From contig CAZRJE010000001.1 in NCBI GenBank assembly GCA_964600335.1, forward strand, positions 1 through 25,389: a DNA stretch of 25,389 nt, read 5' to 3'. Shown here one piece after another: positions 15,292 to 23,548 of the stretch; position 1 is the stretch's first letter; every line of letters starts with the position of its first letter. This stretch comes from an uncultured Candidatus Saccharibacteria bacterium. Lineage in GTDB: Bacteria; Patescibacteriota; Minisyncoccia; Phycocordibacterales; PALSA-1337. The notes below the pieces were generated by a model that saw nothing but the letters and a program-made list of their open reading frames with translations, was not told where the DNA came from and ran no database searches. A program made the position numbers and the translations under genes.

Positions 15292-17171
15292 ATTTCTAAG
15301 ATCCTTAAAATTGTACCTAATTTCATCGTTGCAACACCGATGACTTTGTCGGCTGCTCCGTAATACATGTATAAAATTCTATTTCTCTCTATGATTCCAC
15401 AAGGAAATACAACGTTAGGTACGACACCCTTTCTCTCGTATTCTTCAATGGGCTCAAAGATTGGTATAGCAGTCCTTGCTTTTACAATAGTCGGGTTTTC
15501 GAGATCTAGTAAGACAGCACCAACCCTATATGTTGTGCTCCACGATACTCCATGGTAAAAGAGAAGCCAGCCTTTTTCAGTTTTTATTGGTGGCGCTGCT
15601 ACACCTACTTTTCCTCCGTCCCACATTCCTTTTCTCGGTGAAATTATTTCGATGCATTCGTCTATCTTTTCTGTTTCAAAATCAAGACCATTTAACATGT
15701 CCGCACATACACTTTCATTTATTCTATGTAAGACAATGTATTTATCATTTATTTTCTGAGGTATGATTACAGCATCTTTGTCAGGAATCATTGCGGGAGT
15801 TATGACTTTTGGTTCTGACCATTTGTCCCAATGCCTATCGATGAAATCCAATTCATTTATTCGTGTGATAGCAACTCTCGGTGTTGATCCATCGTATGCT
15901 GTATAGGTCATATAAATATCACTATTTATTTTCATAAGTCTAGGATCTTCGCACCCGCGATTTTCAAAATCCATTCTTGGTCTATATATTGGTTCATCGA
16001 GTCTTTCATCTATAGAGAGACCGTCTGTCGTATTTGCATAGCCAAGGGTCGAGATATTGTCGTTTGAAAAAGCCCTATATAGAATATGTATTTTGCCCCC
16101 AATCTCTATTGCGGCAGGATTCAACGTTCCATTTACCTCAAATGGTTTATCAGCTCTCGGTGAAATAATTGGATTCCCCGGAAATCTTTGCACGACCGGT
16201 TTTTCATCAGGGTCCATACTTTTTATGAAATTCTTTAGGGGGACTGTGGCAATGGCACAATGTGTATCGGAAGCACCATAGTGAATCTCCAATATATCGC
16301 CCCTCAATAGAGCTCCTGTAGGAAATATAATATTTGAAACCATACCCGTCTTTTCGTAATAATCTTCAGGTACCAAGAATGGTCCTTTTGTTCGTCCCAG
16401 AATTTTTCTCGGGTTTGACAAGTCGAGAAGAAATGCTTCAACTCCAAATACAGCACCATGTCCGTATTTTTGAATATGCGAATATATTACTAGCCAACCG
16501 GAATCTGTCTTTATCGGTTGAGAACCGAGCTCGAGATGATCATCTTGCTGTCTCCTCAGAGATAATTTGTGTGAATCGAGATGTTCTCTCCAATCTTTCC
16601 ATTTATCTTGATTCCACATGTCTTCAATTTCATCAAATTCAGCGTAACAAATATCCGATGGAGGAGAATCTGTATTTACCGTGAGCAGAGAAGCATATTT
16701 ACCATTAATCTTTTCAGGGAAAATGACCATACCTTTAGAATTGAATGGAGTCAAAGAATGTTTTTCCTGAATAGTACGAAGATCCTTGCTTATTGCAAGG
16801 CCGACATGTATACCATCACCGCCGAAAGGGAATTTGCTGAGTGCTGTATAAGTAATAAAATATCGACTACCCAGTTTTGTGACCTTAGGATCTTCACAAC
16901 CATATTGATCAAAATCTCTATCAGGACTAACTAATACTATTCTCGAATCAGGATCAAAATTTCTTCCATCTTTTGAGATTGCACGACCTATAGACGATAT
17001 TCTAATCTGAGGTTCCTTGAGGAGACGCGGTTCGGACATGGCCCTATAGACTAGATATGTACGATCTTGCACCATGATAGGGCAACCATTAAAGCTCGCA
17101 GCAGCTTCAAATTGATGATCGCGAATAGGTGACAATATAGGATTAGCTGAGGATCTTTTTATGGTAAACAT
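15288..17171 (-). CDS. Tandem double-domain GH130 protein (beta-mannoside phosphorylase/glycosidase)
   Basis: 627 aa; two NPI starts (SANPILSP, PGNPIISP), two GCEDP motifs, two PIKT motifs, IIFPTG / VVFPCG and YGA(S/A)D each repeated. Confidence 0.9.
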   Translation of the reverse strand: MFTIKRSSANPILSPIRDHQFEAAASFNGCPIMVQDRTYLVYRAMSEPRLLKEPQIRISSIGRAISKDGRNFDPDSRIVLVSPDRDFDQYGCEDPKVTKLGSRYFITYTALSKFPFGGDGIHVGLAISKDLRTIQEKHSLTPFNSKGMVIFPEKINGKYASLLTVNTDSPPSDICYAEFDEIEDMWNQDKWKDWREHLDSHKLSLRRQQDDHLELGSQPIKTDSGWLVIYSHIQKYGHGAVFGVEAFLLDLSNPRKILGRTKGPFLVPEDYYEKTGMVSNIIFPTGALLRGDILEIHYGASDTHCAIATVPLKNFIKSMDPDEKPVVQRFPGNPIISPRADKPFEVNGTLNPAAIEIGGKIHILYRAFSNDNISTLGYANTTDGLSIDERLDEPIYRPRMDFENRGCEDPRLMKINSDIYMTYTAYDGSTPRVAITRINELDFIDRHWDKWSEPKVITPAMIPDKDAVIIPQKINDKYIVLHRINESVCADMLNGLDFETEKIDECIEIISPRKGMWDGGKVGVAAPPIKTEKGWLLFYHGVSWSTTYRVGAVLLDLENPTIVKARTAIPIFEPIEEYERKGVVPNVVFPCGIIERNRILYMYYGAADKVIGVATMKLGTILRILEI

Positions 17172-17172
17172 A

Positions 17173-18273
17173 TCAATTTTTGATTGCGTTATTATTTATA
17201 ATCCATTCGAGAAGTTCATGAATATTAGTCTCTCCAATGCAAACATATTTATCTCCTCCTCCATAATACACTATTAGACGATCGTCTTTTATTACAGCTC
17301 CACAAGCATATATGACTCCAGGTTTCCAATCGTTTTCATACCATTCTTGAGGATTGAGTATTGGCATGGGGGCTTTCGCTATGACTTTTGTTGGATCGTG
17401 AAGATCGAGTATCATTGCTCCCAAGCTATATTTATTCATCTCATTCTTTTTATGTGCATGATACAAGACTAGCCAACCCTTTTCAGTTTTAATTGGTGGA
17501 GGTCCAGCACCTCGTATAAATTCTTCCCATGATTGTATAGCTTTATTTTGTGAATATATACTCTTTATTTTAGTGTGACCAGTACTTAATTGTTCGAGTC
17601 TATCGACAAAATCAATCTGAATCTTAGGTGTGATGCCATGAAGTATGGCAAATTTGCCATTTATTTTTTCAGGAAACAATACCCAGTTTTTATTTACTTC
17701 TCCTTGGGGAGATATAAACAATAATTTTTTCCAATCAAAACGCTGATTGAAAAAATCTCTCTCATTGATCTTTACGACACCGATACGAATGAAATCCCAA
17801 CCATCAAATGCATTGAAAGTCATATATACATTTCCATCTATTCTTACTAATCTTGGATCTTCACAGCCACCCCAACTACCACCCGAAGGATACATTTTAA
17901 AATTGGGTTTTTTATCTTGATTTTCTATATTTCTAGGATTTTCCATGACGTATACAGGATAGGGAAGTCTCTCATCAAAATTTATTCCATCTTTACTTTT
18001 TGCATAACCTATCTTTGACATACCATCATGACCGAGTGCCCTATAAACCATATGTACATGACCTTTATCATCGATTAGTACTGCAGGATTAAATGCTCCT
18101 GCACCTTCCCAGTCATTGTGATTAATTGGTTTCAAAATCGGATTTGCATGATGTCTCTTTATATGAAAATGTGGAAGAAATTCACTATCCTCTTTTTTGC
18201 TAAATAGATAAATAATAAGAATAAGTATTGCTAAGATAAGAGATATTGTAAATATTGTGCCTATAGTTCCCAT
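17173..18273 (-). CDS. Single-domain GH130 protein with N-terminal transmembrane helix
   Basis: IFTISLILAILILIIYLF, then ANPIL, FNPAV, GGCEDPR, KNWVLFP, GAGPPPIKT, LYHA, VIYACG, YYGGGD. Confidence 0.9.
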   Translation of the reverse strand: MGTIGTIFTISLILAILILIIYLFSKKEDSEFLPHFHIKRHHANPILKPINHNDWEGAGAFNPAVLIDDKGHVHMVYRALGHDGMSKIGYAKSKDGINFDERLPYPVYVMENPRNIENQDKKPNFKMYPSGGSWGGCEDPRLVRIDGNVYMTFNAFDGWDFIRIGVVKINERDFFNQRFDWKKLLFISPQGEVNKNWVLFPEKINGKFAILHGITPKIQIDFVDRLEQLSTGHTKIKSIYSQNKAIQSWEEFIRGAGPPPIKTEKGWLVLYHAHKKNEMNKYSLGAMILDLHDPTKVIAKAPMPILNPQEWYENDWKPGVIYACGAVIKDDRLIVYYGGGDKYVCIGETNIHELLEWIINNNAIKN

Positions 18274-18620
18274 TATGTTTTTCTTCCATATTTATCTTCT
18301 AATCTTTCTATATCATTTGGATCAAAAAAACCTGTAGATATTTCTAGTATTTCTACATCTTCATCTATCGCATTTATGCGATGAATTATTTCGCGATCAA
18401 AATTGATTTCAAGACCAATCTCGATATCAATCGTATCTTTTCCTACATTTAGAGTTCCTTTTCCGTTCAATATTTTCCAAAATTCAGCGCGTCTTTTGTG
18501 TCTTTGTAAACTAGTAGATTCACCTGCTTTTATTTTTAATATTTTTACAGTAACAGGCGTATTTAACACATATTGAGCCTCGCTACCCCAAGGTTTTTTA
18601 AACAATTCTGGCCTTATCAT
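18273..18620 (-). CDS. Cupin protein similar to the C-terminal mannose-6-phosphate isomerase domain of type II PMI
   Basis: 115 aa; KPWG, TSLQRHKRRAEFW, IHRI, ILEISTG, DIERLEDKYGR match the PMI cupin pattern. Confidence 0.85.
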   Translation of the reverse strand: MIRPELFKKPWGSEAQYVLNTPVTVKILKIKAGESTSLQRHKRRAEFWKILNGKGTLNVGKDTIDIEIGLEINFDREIIHRINAIDEDVEILEISTGFFDPNDIERLEDKYGRKT

Positions 18621-18740
18621 TTGTCTATATTTTACTACGTATATTGGCTTTTGTGGTATAGACTGTGAATAAGCTAATAAAGTATTTATTTTTCATATTT
18701 ACTTGCTTTTCAATATAAAATATGTAAGTATATATGAACT

Positions 18741-18959
18741 ATGGTAGTACGAATGCGAGCAACGCGGTCACACCGCAACAATAGAAGATCACATCATGCT
18801 TTAGACAAAGCTCGTACTTTCGTCTGCTCAAACTGCAAAAATCCTGCAAAAATGCATACAATGTGTGCAAATTGTGGATATTACAAAGGTAGACAAGTCA
18901 TTGACATTGCAAAGAAGGCTGTAAAGAAGGCAAAAAAGACAAAGGCTGAAGCGAGATAG
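18741..18959 (+). CDS. rpmF: 50S ribosomal protein L32, zinc-binding form
   Basis: MVVRMRATRSHRNNRRSH; CSNC...HTMCANCGYYKGRQV. Confidence 0.95.
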   Translation: MVVRMRATRSHRNNRRSHHALDKARTFVCSNCKNPAKMHTMCANCGYYKGRQVIDIAKKAVKKAKKTKAEAR

Positions 18960-18994
18960 TACATATTTCATTCAAATCTTGTTTATAGATTAGG

Positions 18995-19020
18995 TATCTC
19001 GTGCAGAGATATTTTTTATT
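18995..19020 (+). terminator. Weak intrinsic terminator after rpmF
   Basis: TATCTC-gtgca-GAGATA followed by TTTTTT (19012-19017). Confidence 0.45.
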
Positions 19021-19036
19021 ATAATAAATCGCATCA

Positions 19037-19064
19037 TTGCATCTTTATATAGGTTTGCTAAAAT
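19037..19064 (+). promoter_or_regulatory. Putative promoter for nusB-rnc-smc
   Basis: TTGCAT (19037-19042), 16 nt ending TGC, TAAAAT (19059-19064): a -35 plus extended -10. Confidence 0.55.
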
Positions 19065-19085
19065 ACTAAGTAAGTACATTTTATT

Positions 19086-19976
19086 ATGGCAAACAGACAT
19101 CTATCTCGATCAATAGTCCTTCAAGCCCTCTTTGAATGGGATTTCAACAATTTTCCTCAAAATATTGAAACAGAATATATAAATAGACTCATTCATGAAT
19201 TTGCTCCAGGTCTCGCTGATACAGGTTTCTCTATAGAGTTGTTTAAAGGTATTACTGCAAAGAAAACAGAGCTCGATTTAATAATAGAAAAAGCGGCTCC
19301 AGATTGGCCGATCGATAAAATTTCTCCGATCGATAGGGCTGTTCTTCGACTAGGACTCTATGAATTGATTTTTGCTGACAAAGAGCATGTTCCTGCAAAA
19401 GTAGCCATAAATGAAGCTATTGAACTCGCAAAATCATATGGCGGTGAAGCCAGTGGCAGATTTGTAAATGGTGTTATGGGTGCAGTTTACAAAGAGATGG
19501 GAGAACCAGGAAAAGATGCTCAAGCTCCAAAGAGAAAACAAGAAGTTCCTTATGAAAAGATGCCAATACAAGCTCTTGGTGGGGCGGTTGTCTATTCTGA
19601 GAATGAAGGAGTCAAATATCTCGCTTTTGTACATGATGTTTTTGGACATTGGACTTTAACAAAAGGAAAGATTCCACAAGATGTTGATCCAAAACAAGGA
19701 ACTATTGATAAAGTCAAAGAAGAGATAGGCCTCAATGTTGAGATAATATCTGATCTTGGGGTAAATGAATATATAGCAAATGAGCCAGAGAAAGGAAAGA
19801 TTCGAAAACAGGTACATTATTTTTTGGCAAAAGCTCCATTTTCAGATTTGATTCTTGCAAAAAAACCAGGCCTCGATGATGCTAAATGGTTTAAATTAAG
19901 TGATATTTTGGATCTAAATTTTTATAGTGACATTTTGCCCATCGTTACCAAGGCAGTTACAACACTAAGCGAATAA
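19086..19976 (+). CDS. nusB: Transcription antitermination factor NusB fused to a C-terminal Nudix-fold domain
   Basis: Residues 1-~138: IDRAVLRLGLYEL, VAINEAIELAK, FVNGVMG. Residues ~163-296: GAVVY, WTLTKG...KEEIGL, VHYFLA, AKWF. Confidence 0.9.
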   Translation: MANRHLSRSIVLQALFEWDFNNFPQNIETEYINRLIHEFAPGLADTGFSIELFKGITAKKTELDLIIEKAAPDWPIDKISPIDRAVLRLGLYELIFADKEHVPAKVAINEAIELAKSYGGEASGRFVNGVMGAVYKEMGEPGKDAQAPKRKQEVPYEKMPIQALGGAVVYSENEGVKYLAFVHDVFGHWTLTKGKIPQDVDPKQGTIDKVKEEIGLNVEIISDLGVNEYIANEPEKGKIRKQVHYFLAKAPFSDLILAKKPGLDDAKWFKLSDILDLNFYSDILPIVTKAVTTLSE

Positions 19977-19977
19977 T

Positions 19978-20694
19978 ATGAAAAAGATTGATAGGCAATT
20001 GCCAAGTATGGAAATACTGTCAGAAAAGATAAACGTGACTTTTACTGATATTGGATTATTGAGAAAAGCTTGTACGCACAGGTCGTTTTTGAATGAGAAT
20101 AGAAGTTCTCAAATGGAGCACAATGAGAGATTAGAATTTCTGGGAGATGCTGTACTAGAACTCGTCGTAACGAGCTTTCTATTTCGTAAGTATCCAACCA
20201 AAGCAGAAGGTGAGCTCACCGCTTTTCGTTCAGCAATAGTAAATACTGTAAGCCTTACAAAAGTCGCAGAAAAGATCGGACTAAACGACTTTTTGCTTTT
20301 ATCAAAAGGTGAAGCCAAGGATACTGGTAGGGCACGTTCTGTAATATTGGCAAATGCTGTAGAAGCTGTAATCGGTGCTATTTATATGGATCAGGGTTAC
20401 AATGCCGCGGCAAATTTTATAAGTGAGCAAATACTAAATACCATTGATATCGAAGAGATTGTAAAGAAAAAATTGTGGATAGATGCAAAGAGTAGATTCC
20501 AAGAATTAGCTCAAGAAAAAGTCGGTGTTACTCCATCATACAAAACAATGAAGGAAACTGGTCCAGATCATGATAAAGAATTTACTATTGGAGTATTTTT
20601 GGGTTCAACTCAAATAGCATCAGGCACTGGTGCTTCAAAACAAGATGCTGAGCAGAGAGCTGCAGAGAAAGCAATCGAGGCTAAGGGATGGTAA
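19978..20694 (+). CDS. rnc: Ribonuclease III
   Basis: HRS, signature NERLEFLGDAVL, EGEL, EAVIGAIYMDQG; dsRBD DAKSRFQE...GTGASKQDAEQ. Confidence 0.97.
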   Translation: MKKIDRQLPSMEILSEKINVTFTDIGLLRKACTHRSFLNENRSSQMEHNERLEFLGDAVLELVVTSFLFRKYPTKAEGELTAFRSAIVNTVSLTKVAEKIGLNDFLLLSKGEAKDTGRARSVILANAVEAVIGAIYMDQGYNAAANFISEQILNTIDIEEIVKKKLWIDAKSRFQELAQEKVGVTPSYKTMKETGPDHDKEFTIGVFLGSTQIASGTGASKQDAEQRAAEKAIEAKGW

Positions 20695-20703
20695 AATAGT
20701 GCC

Positions 20704-22932
20704 ATGTATCTAAAATCACTAGAAATAATAGGTTTTAAATCATTTGCTAAGAAGACAAATATAGGATTTACAACACCTGTGACAGCAATAGTCGGTCCAA
20801 ATGGTTCCGGAAAGTCAAATGTAGCAGAAGCATTTAGATTTGTTCTCGGAGAACAATCCGTAAAGTCCATGAGAGGAAAGAAAGGTGAAGATCTGATTTG
20901 GAATGGTGGCAAAGATATTCCGAGACTAAATAGAGCCTCTGTAAAAGCAACTTTTGATAATACTACACGACTGTTTTCAAAATGTGACTTTGATGAGGTG
21001 ACAATAGAAAGAGTCATAAATAGAGATGGGAATAATGAATATTTGCTTAATAATACAGAAGTTCGTCTCAAAGATATAAATGAGATTTTGGCTGAAGCCC
21101 ATGTTGGTACGACGGGACACCACATAATCTCGCAAGGAGAAGCGGATTCTGTTTTGTCTTGTTCAAATATGGAAAGAAGAGAGATTATCGAAGATGCACT
21201 TGGTCTTAAGATCTATGAGTGGAAAAAAACTGAAAGTGAAAAAAAATTACAAAAGACTCTAGACAATATGCAACAAATCGATGGTCTTCGAAAAGAGTTG
21301 TCACCACATATTCGTTTTTTAAAGAAACAAGTTGAAAAAATAGAAAAATCTCGAGAGGATCGTGGGACACTTCTGAATCTGTACAGAGAATATTTTGCAA
21401 AAGAAAAGTCCTATTTGGATTTCGAGAAAAATAGACTTGGAGAATTGTTGAGTACACCGAAAAAAGATTTATCAAATATTGAAAGAGAAATAGAAAATTT
21501 GAGAAATACACTCGATCTTGATAATACACAAAATAAAGACGAGGACAAGTTGCTTGAAATTGGAAATAAGATAGCAGAGATAAGGCAAAAAAAGGATGTT
21601 TTGACTCGCGAGACAGGTAGACTTGATGGAGCGATATATTCTCTAAATAAAACAATCGAAAGAGAAAAATTAAAAAATAATGCTAATGAAGATAAGATTA
21701 TTTATGTAAGAGATGTTGAGACACTGGTTATTCAAATCGAATCTCTTCATTCTATAAATGATGTAAAAGTCTTATTCAATGAAGTCATAAACAATTTAAA
21801 GACATTCATAACTCGATTTAAATCCAAAATAGATACTTCAATAATAGATGAATATACAAAAGAATTAGAAAATCTAAAGAGAGATAAATCCAAAATCGAT
21901 GATGAATTATCCAAGATCGATATGGAATTGTCGAGATCAAATCTTGAATATGAGGAGATGAGAAATGTCTTGATGCGCGAGAAGAACAAAAAAAGTGAGG
22001 CTGAAAAAAATCTCATCATAGCTGTCACAAAGCAAAATGAACTTAGAATGCATATTCAGAGTATAAATCAAGAATTGATGAGATTAGAAAATGATGAAGA
22101 TGTATTCAAAAAAACAAAAGACGAAGCTCATATCTTACTCGGAAGAGATGCTGTCTCATTTGAAGACATGGTGTATGTAAAGGAATTAAGAAGTATTCAG
22201 CATGATAGGATGAAACAGATAGAGAGATTAAAATATAAGATTGAAGAATCTTCTTTTGGTAATGCTGATGAAATTATCAAAGAGTATAAGGAAACTAGTG
22301 AGAGAGATACGCATTTGGAGAGGGAAATATCCGATCTAATCAAGGCTGAGGATGAATTGAGAAATATCATTTCAGACTTAAACAAAAGAATCGATAAAGA
22401 ATTTCGTGATGGTATAGAAAAGATAAACTCTGAATTTGATAGATTATTCAGGATTATGTTTGGGGGCGGATATGCAAAACTCAATGTGGTGAGAATGCCT
22501 GAAAAGAAAAAGAAAATCTTAGAAGATGATATCGAACCACAGATATTTGATTCAAAAGAAGAAGAGGATGATATCCGAGAAGGACTCGAAGTCGACGTCA
22601 GTCTTCCAACCAAAAAGGTTAAGGGCTTGATGATGTTATCTGGCGGTGAAAGAGCATTGACTTCGATAGCACTACTCTTTGCTATTTCAAGAGTAAATCC
22701 ACCTCCATTTATCATACTCGATGAAACAGATGCGGCTCTCGATGAATCAAATTCAAGGAAATATGGAGATATGATAGAGAGTCTGAGTCAGCAATCAGAA
22801 CTCATAATCATAACTCACAATAGAGAGACAATGTCGAGAGCAGGGGCACTATATGGTGTCACGATGAATGCAGATGGAGCTTCAAGATTGTTATCTATTA
22901 TATTTGATGAAGCTGTACGAGTTGCAAAATAG
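20704..22932 (+). CDS. smc: SMC-family ATPase, short (742 aa), no recognisable hinge
   Basis: GFKSF, Walker A GPNGSGKSN, ISQG Q-loop, coiled coils, FGGG, signature LSGGE, Walker B ILDETDAALD, ITHN, LYGVTM; directly follows rnc. Confidence 0.9.
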   Translation: MYLKSLEIIGFKSFAKKTNIGFTTPVTAIVGPNGSGKSNVAEAFRFVLGEQSVKSMRGKKGEDLIWNGGKDIPRLNRASVKATFDNTTRLFSKCDFDEVTIERVINRDGNNEYLLNNTEVRLKDINEILAEAHVGTTGHHIISQGEADSVLSCSNMERREIIEDALGLKIYEWKKTESEKKLQKTLDNMQQIDGLRKELSPHIRFLKKQVEKIEKSREDRGTLLNLYREYFAKEKSYLDFEKNRLGELLSTPKKDLSNIEREIENLRNTLDLDNTQNKDEDKLLEIGNKIAEIRQKKDVLTRETGRLDGAIYSLNKTIEREKLKNNANEDKIIYVRDVETLVIQIESLHSINDVKVLFNEVINNLKTFITRFKSKIDTSIIDEYTKELENLKRDKSKIDDELSKIDMELSRSNLEYEEMRNVLMREKNKKSEAEKNLIIAVTKQNELRMHIQSINQELMRLENDEDVFKKTKDEAHILLGRDAVSFEDMVYVKELRSIQHDRMKQIERLKYKIEESSFGNADEIIKEYKETSERDTHLEREISDLIKAEDELRNIISDLNKRIDKEFRDGIEKINSEFDRLFRIMFGGGYAKLNVVRMPEKKKKILEDDIEPQIFDSKEEEDDIREGLEVDVSLPTKKVKGLMMLSGGERALTSIALLFAISRVNPPPFIILDETDAALDESNSRKYGDMIESLSQQSELIIITHNRETMSRAGALYGVTMNADGASRLLSIIFDEAVRVAK

Positions 22933-23547
22933 TTAGATTTTATTTTTTAGTGCACTTTCTATTGTGGACGTATCGGCATATTCTATTTCAGAGCCAGTTG
23001 AGAGTCCTCGGCCAAGTTCATATATCCGAATTGAAGTATTTATTTTTTTTATCTCATCTCTGAGTACACTTGCTGTGTTTTCGCCTTCACGATTTAGTGA
23101 TAGGGATATGATTATTTCATGAATATTTTGGTCAGTCTTTATTCTATGAATAAGTTTTGAAAGACGAATATACTTGTCGTATTCAGTTTCCATGAGAGGT
23201 ATCATGCCTCCGATAACAAAATACAAACCTTTATAAGCACTACTTTTTTCAACATTTTCTAAATCAGATTCTTTGGACAAAATCATAAGTGATGCAATAT
23301 CTCTATCTTGTGAAGAACAAATACCGCATCTTTTAGTTTGCATCTTTGTATTATGCTCATCTATATATAATCTTTGACACAATTCACAGCGGTGAGAGGA
23401 TTTTTTCATTTCAGAAATAGAATTTATGAAATCACGTATGTATGAATCACTTTGATTGATTAGGTGATATACAAATCTCTTGGCTTGTCGTGGCCCAATA
23501 CCGGGAAATCTCAAGAAAAATTGTTCGAGATGCTTTTGTTTTTCCAT
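22933..23547 (-). CDS. recR: Recombination mediator RecR (204 aa from ATG 23547; ATG 23574 is an alternative)
   Basis: FPGIGPRQAKRF HhH, CELC...CGIC zinc finger, Toprim, GEN, LGRGLSTGSEIEYAD..T; ATG 23547 lies 1 nt after the dnaB stop. Confidence 0.93.
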   Translation of the reverse strand: MEKQKHLEQFFLRFPGIGPRQAKRFVYHLINQSDSYIRDFINSISEMKKSSHRCELCQRLYIDEHNTKMQTKRCGICSSQDRDIASLMILSKESDLENVEKSSAYKGLYFVIGGMIPLMETEYDKYIRLSKLIHRIKTDQNIHEIIISLSLNREGENTASVLRDEIKKINTSIRIYELGRGLSTGSEIEYADTSTIESALKNKI

Positions 23548-23548
23548 G

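Noticed and set aside
18621-19085. Possible ncRNA, tRNA or riboswitch in the larger intergenic gaps (also 24941-25109)
   Set aside because: Very AT-rich with no cloverleaf or extended GC stems; promoters and a weak terminator account for them.
22930-22935. smc and recR stop codons abut with zero gap
   Set aside because: Common in compact genomes; no structure seen that suggests a special mechanism.
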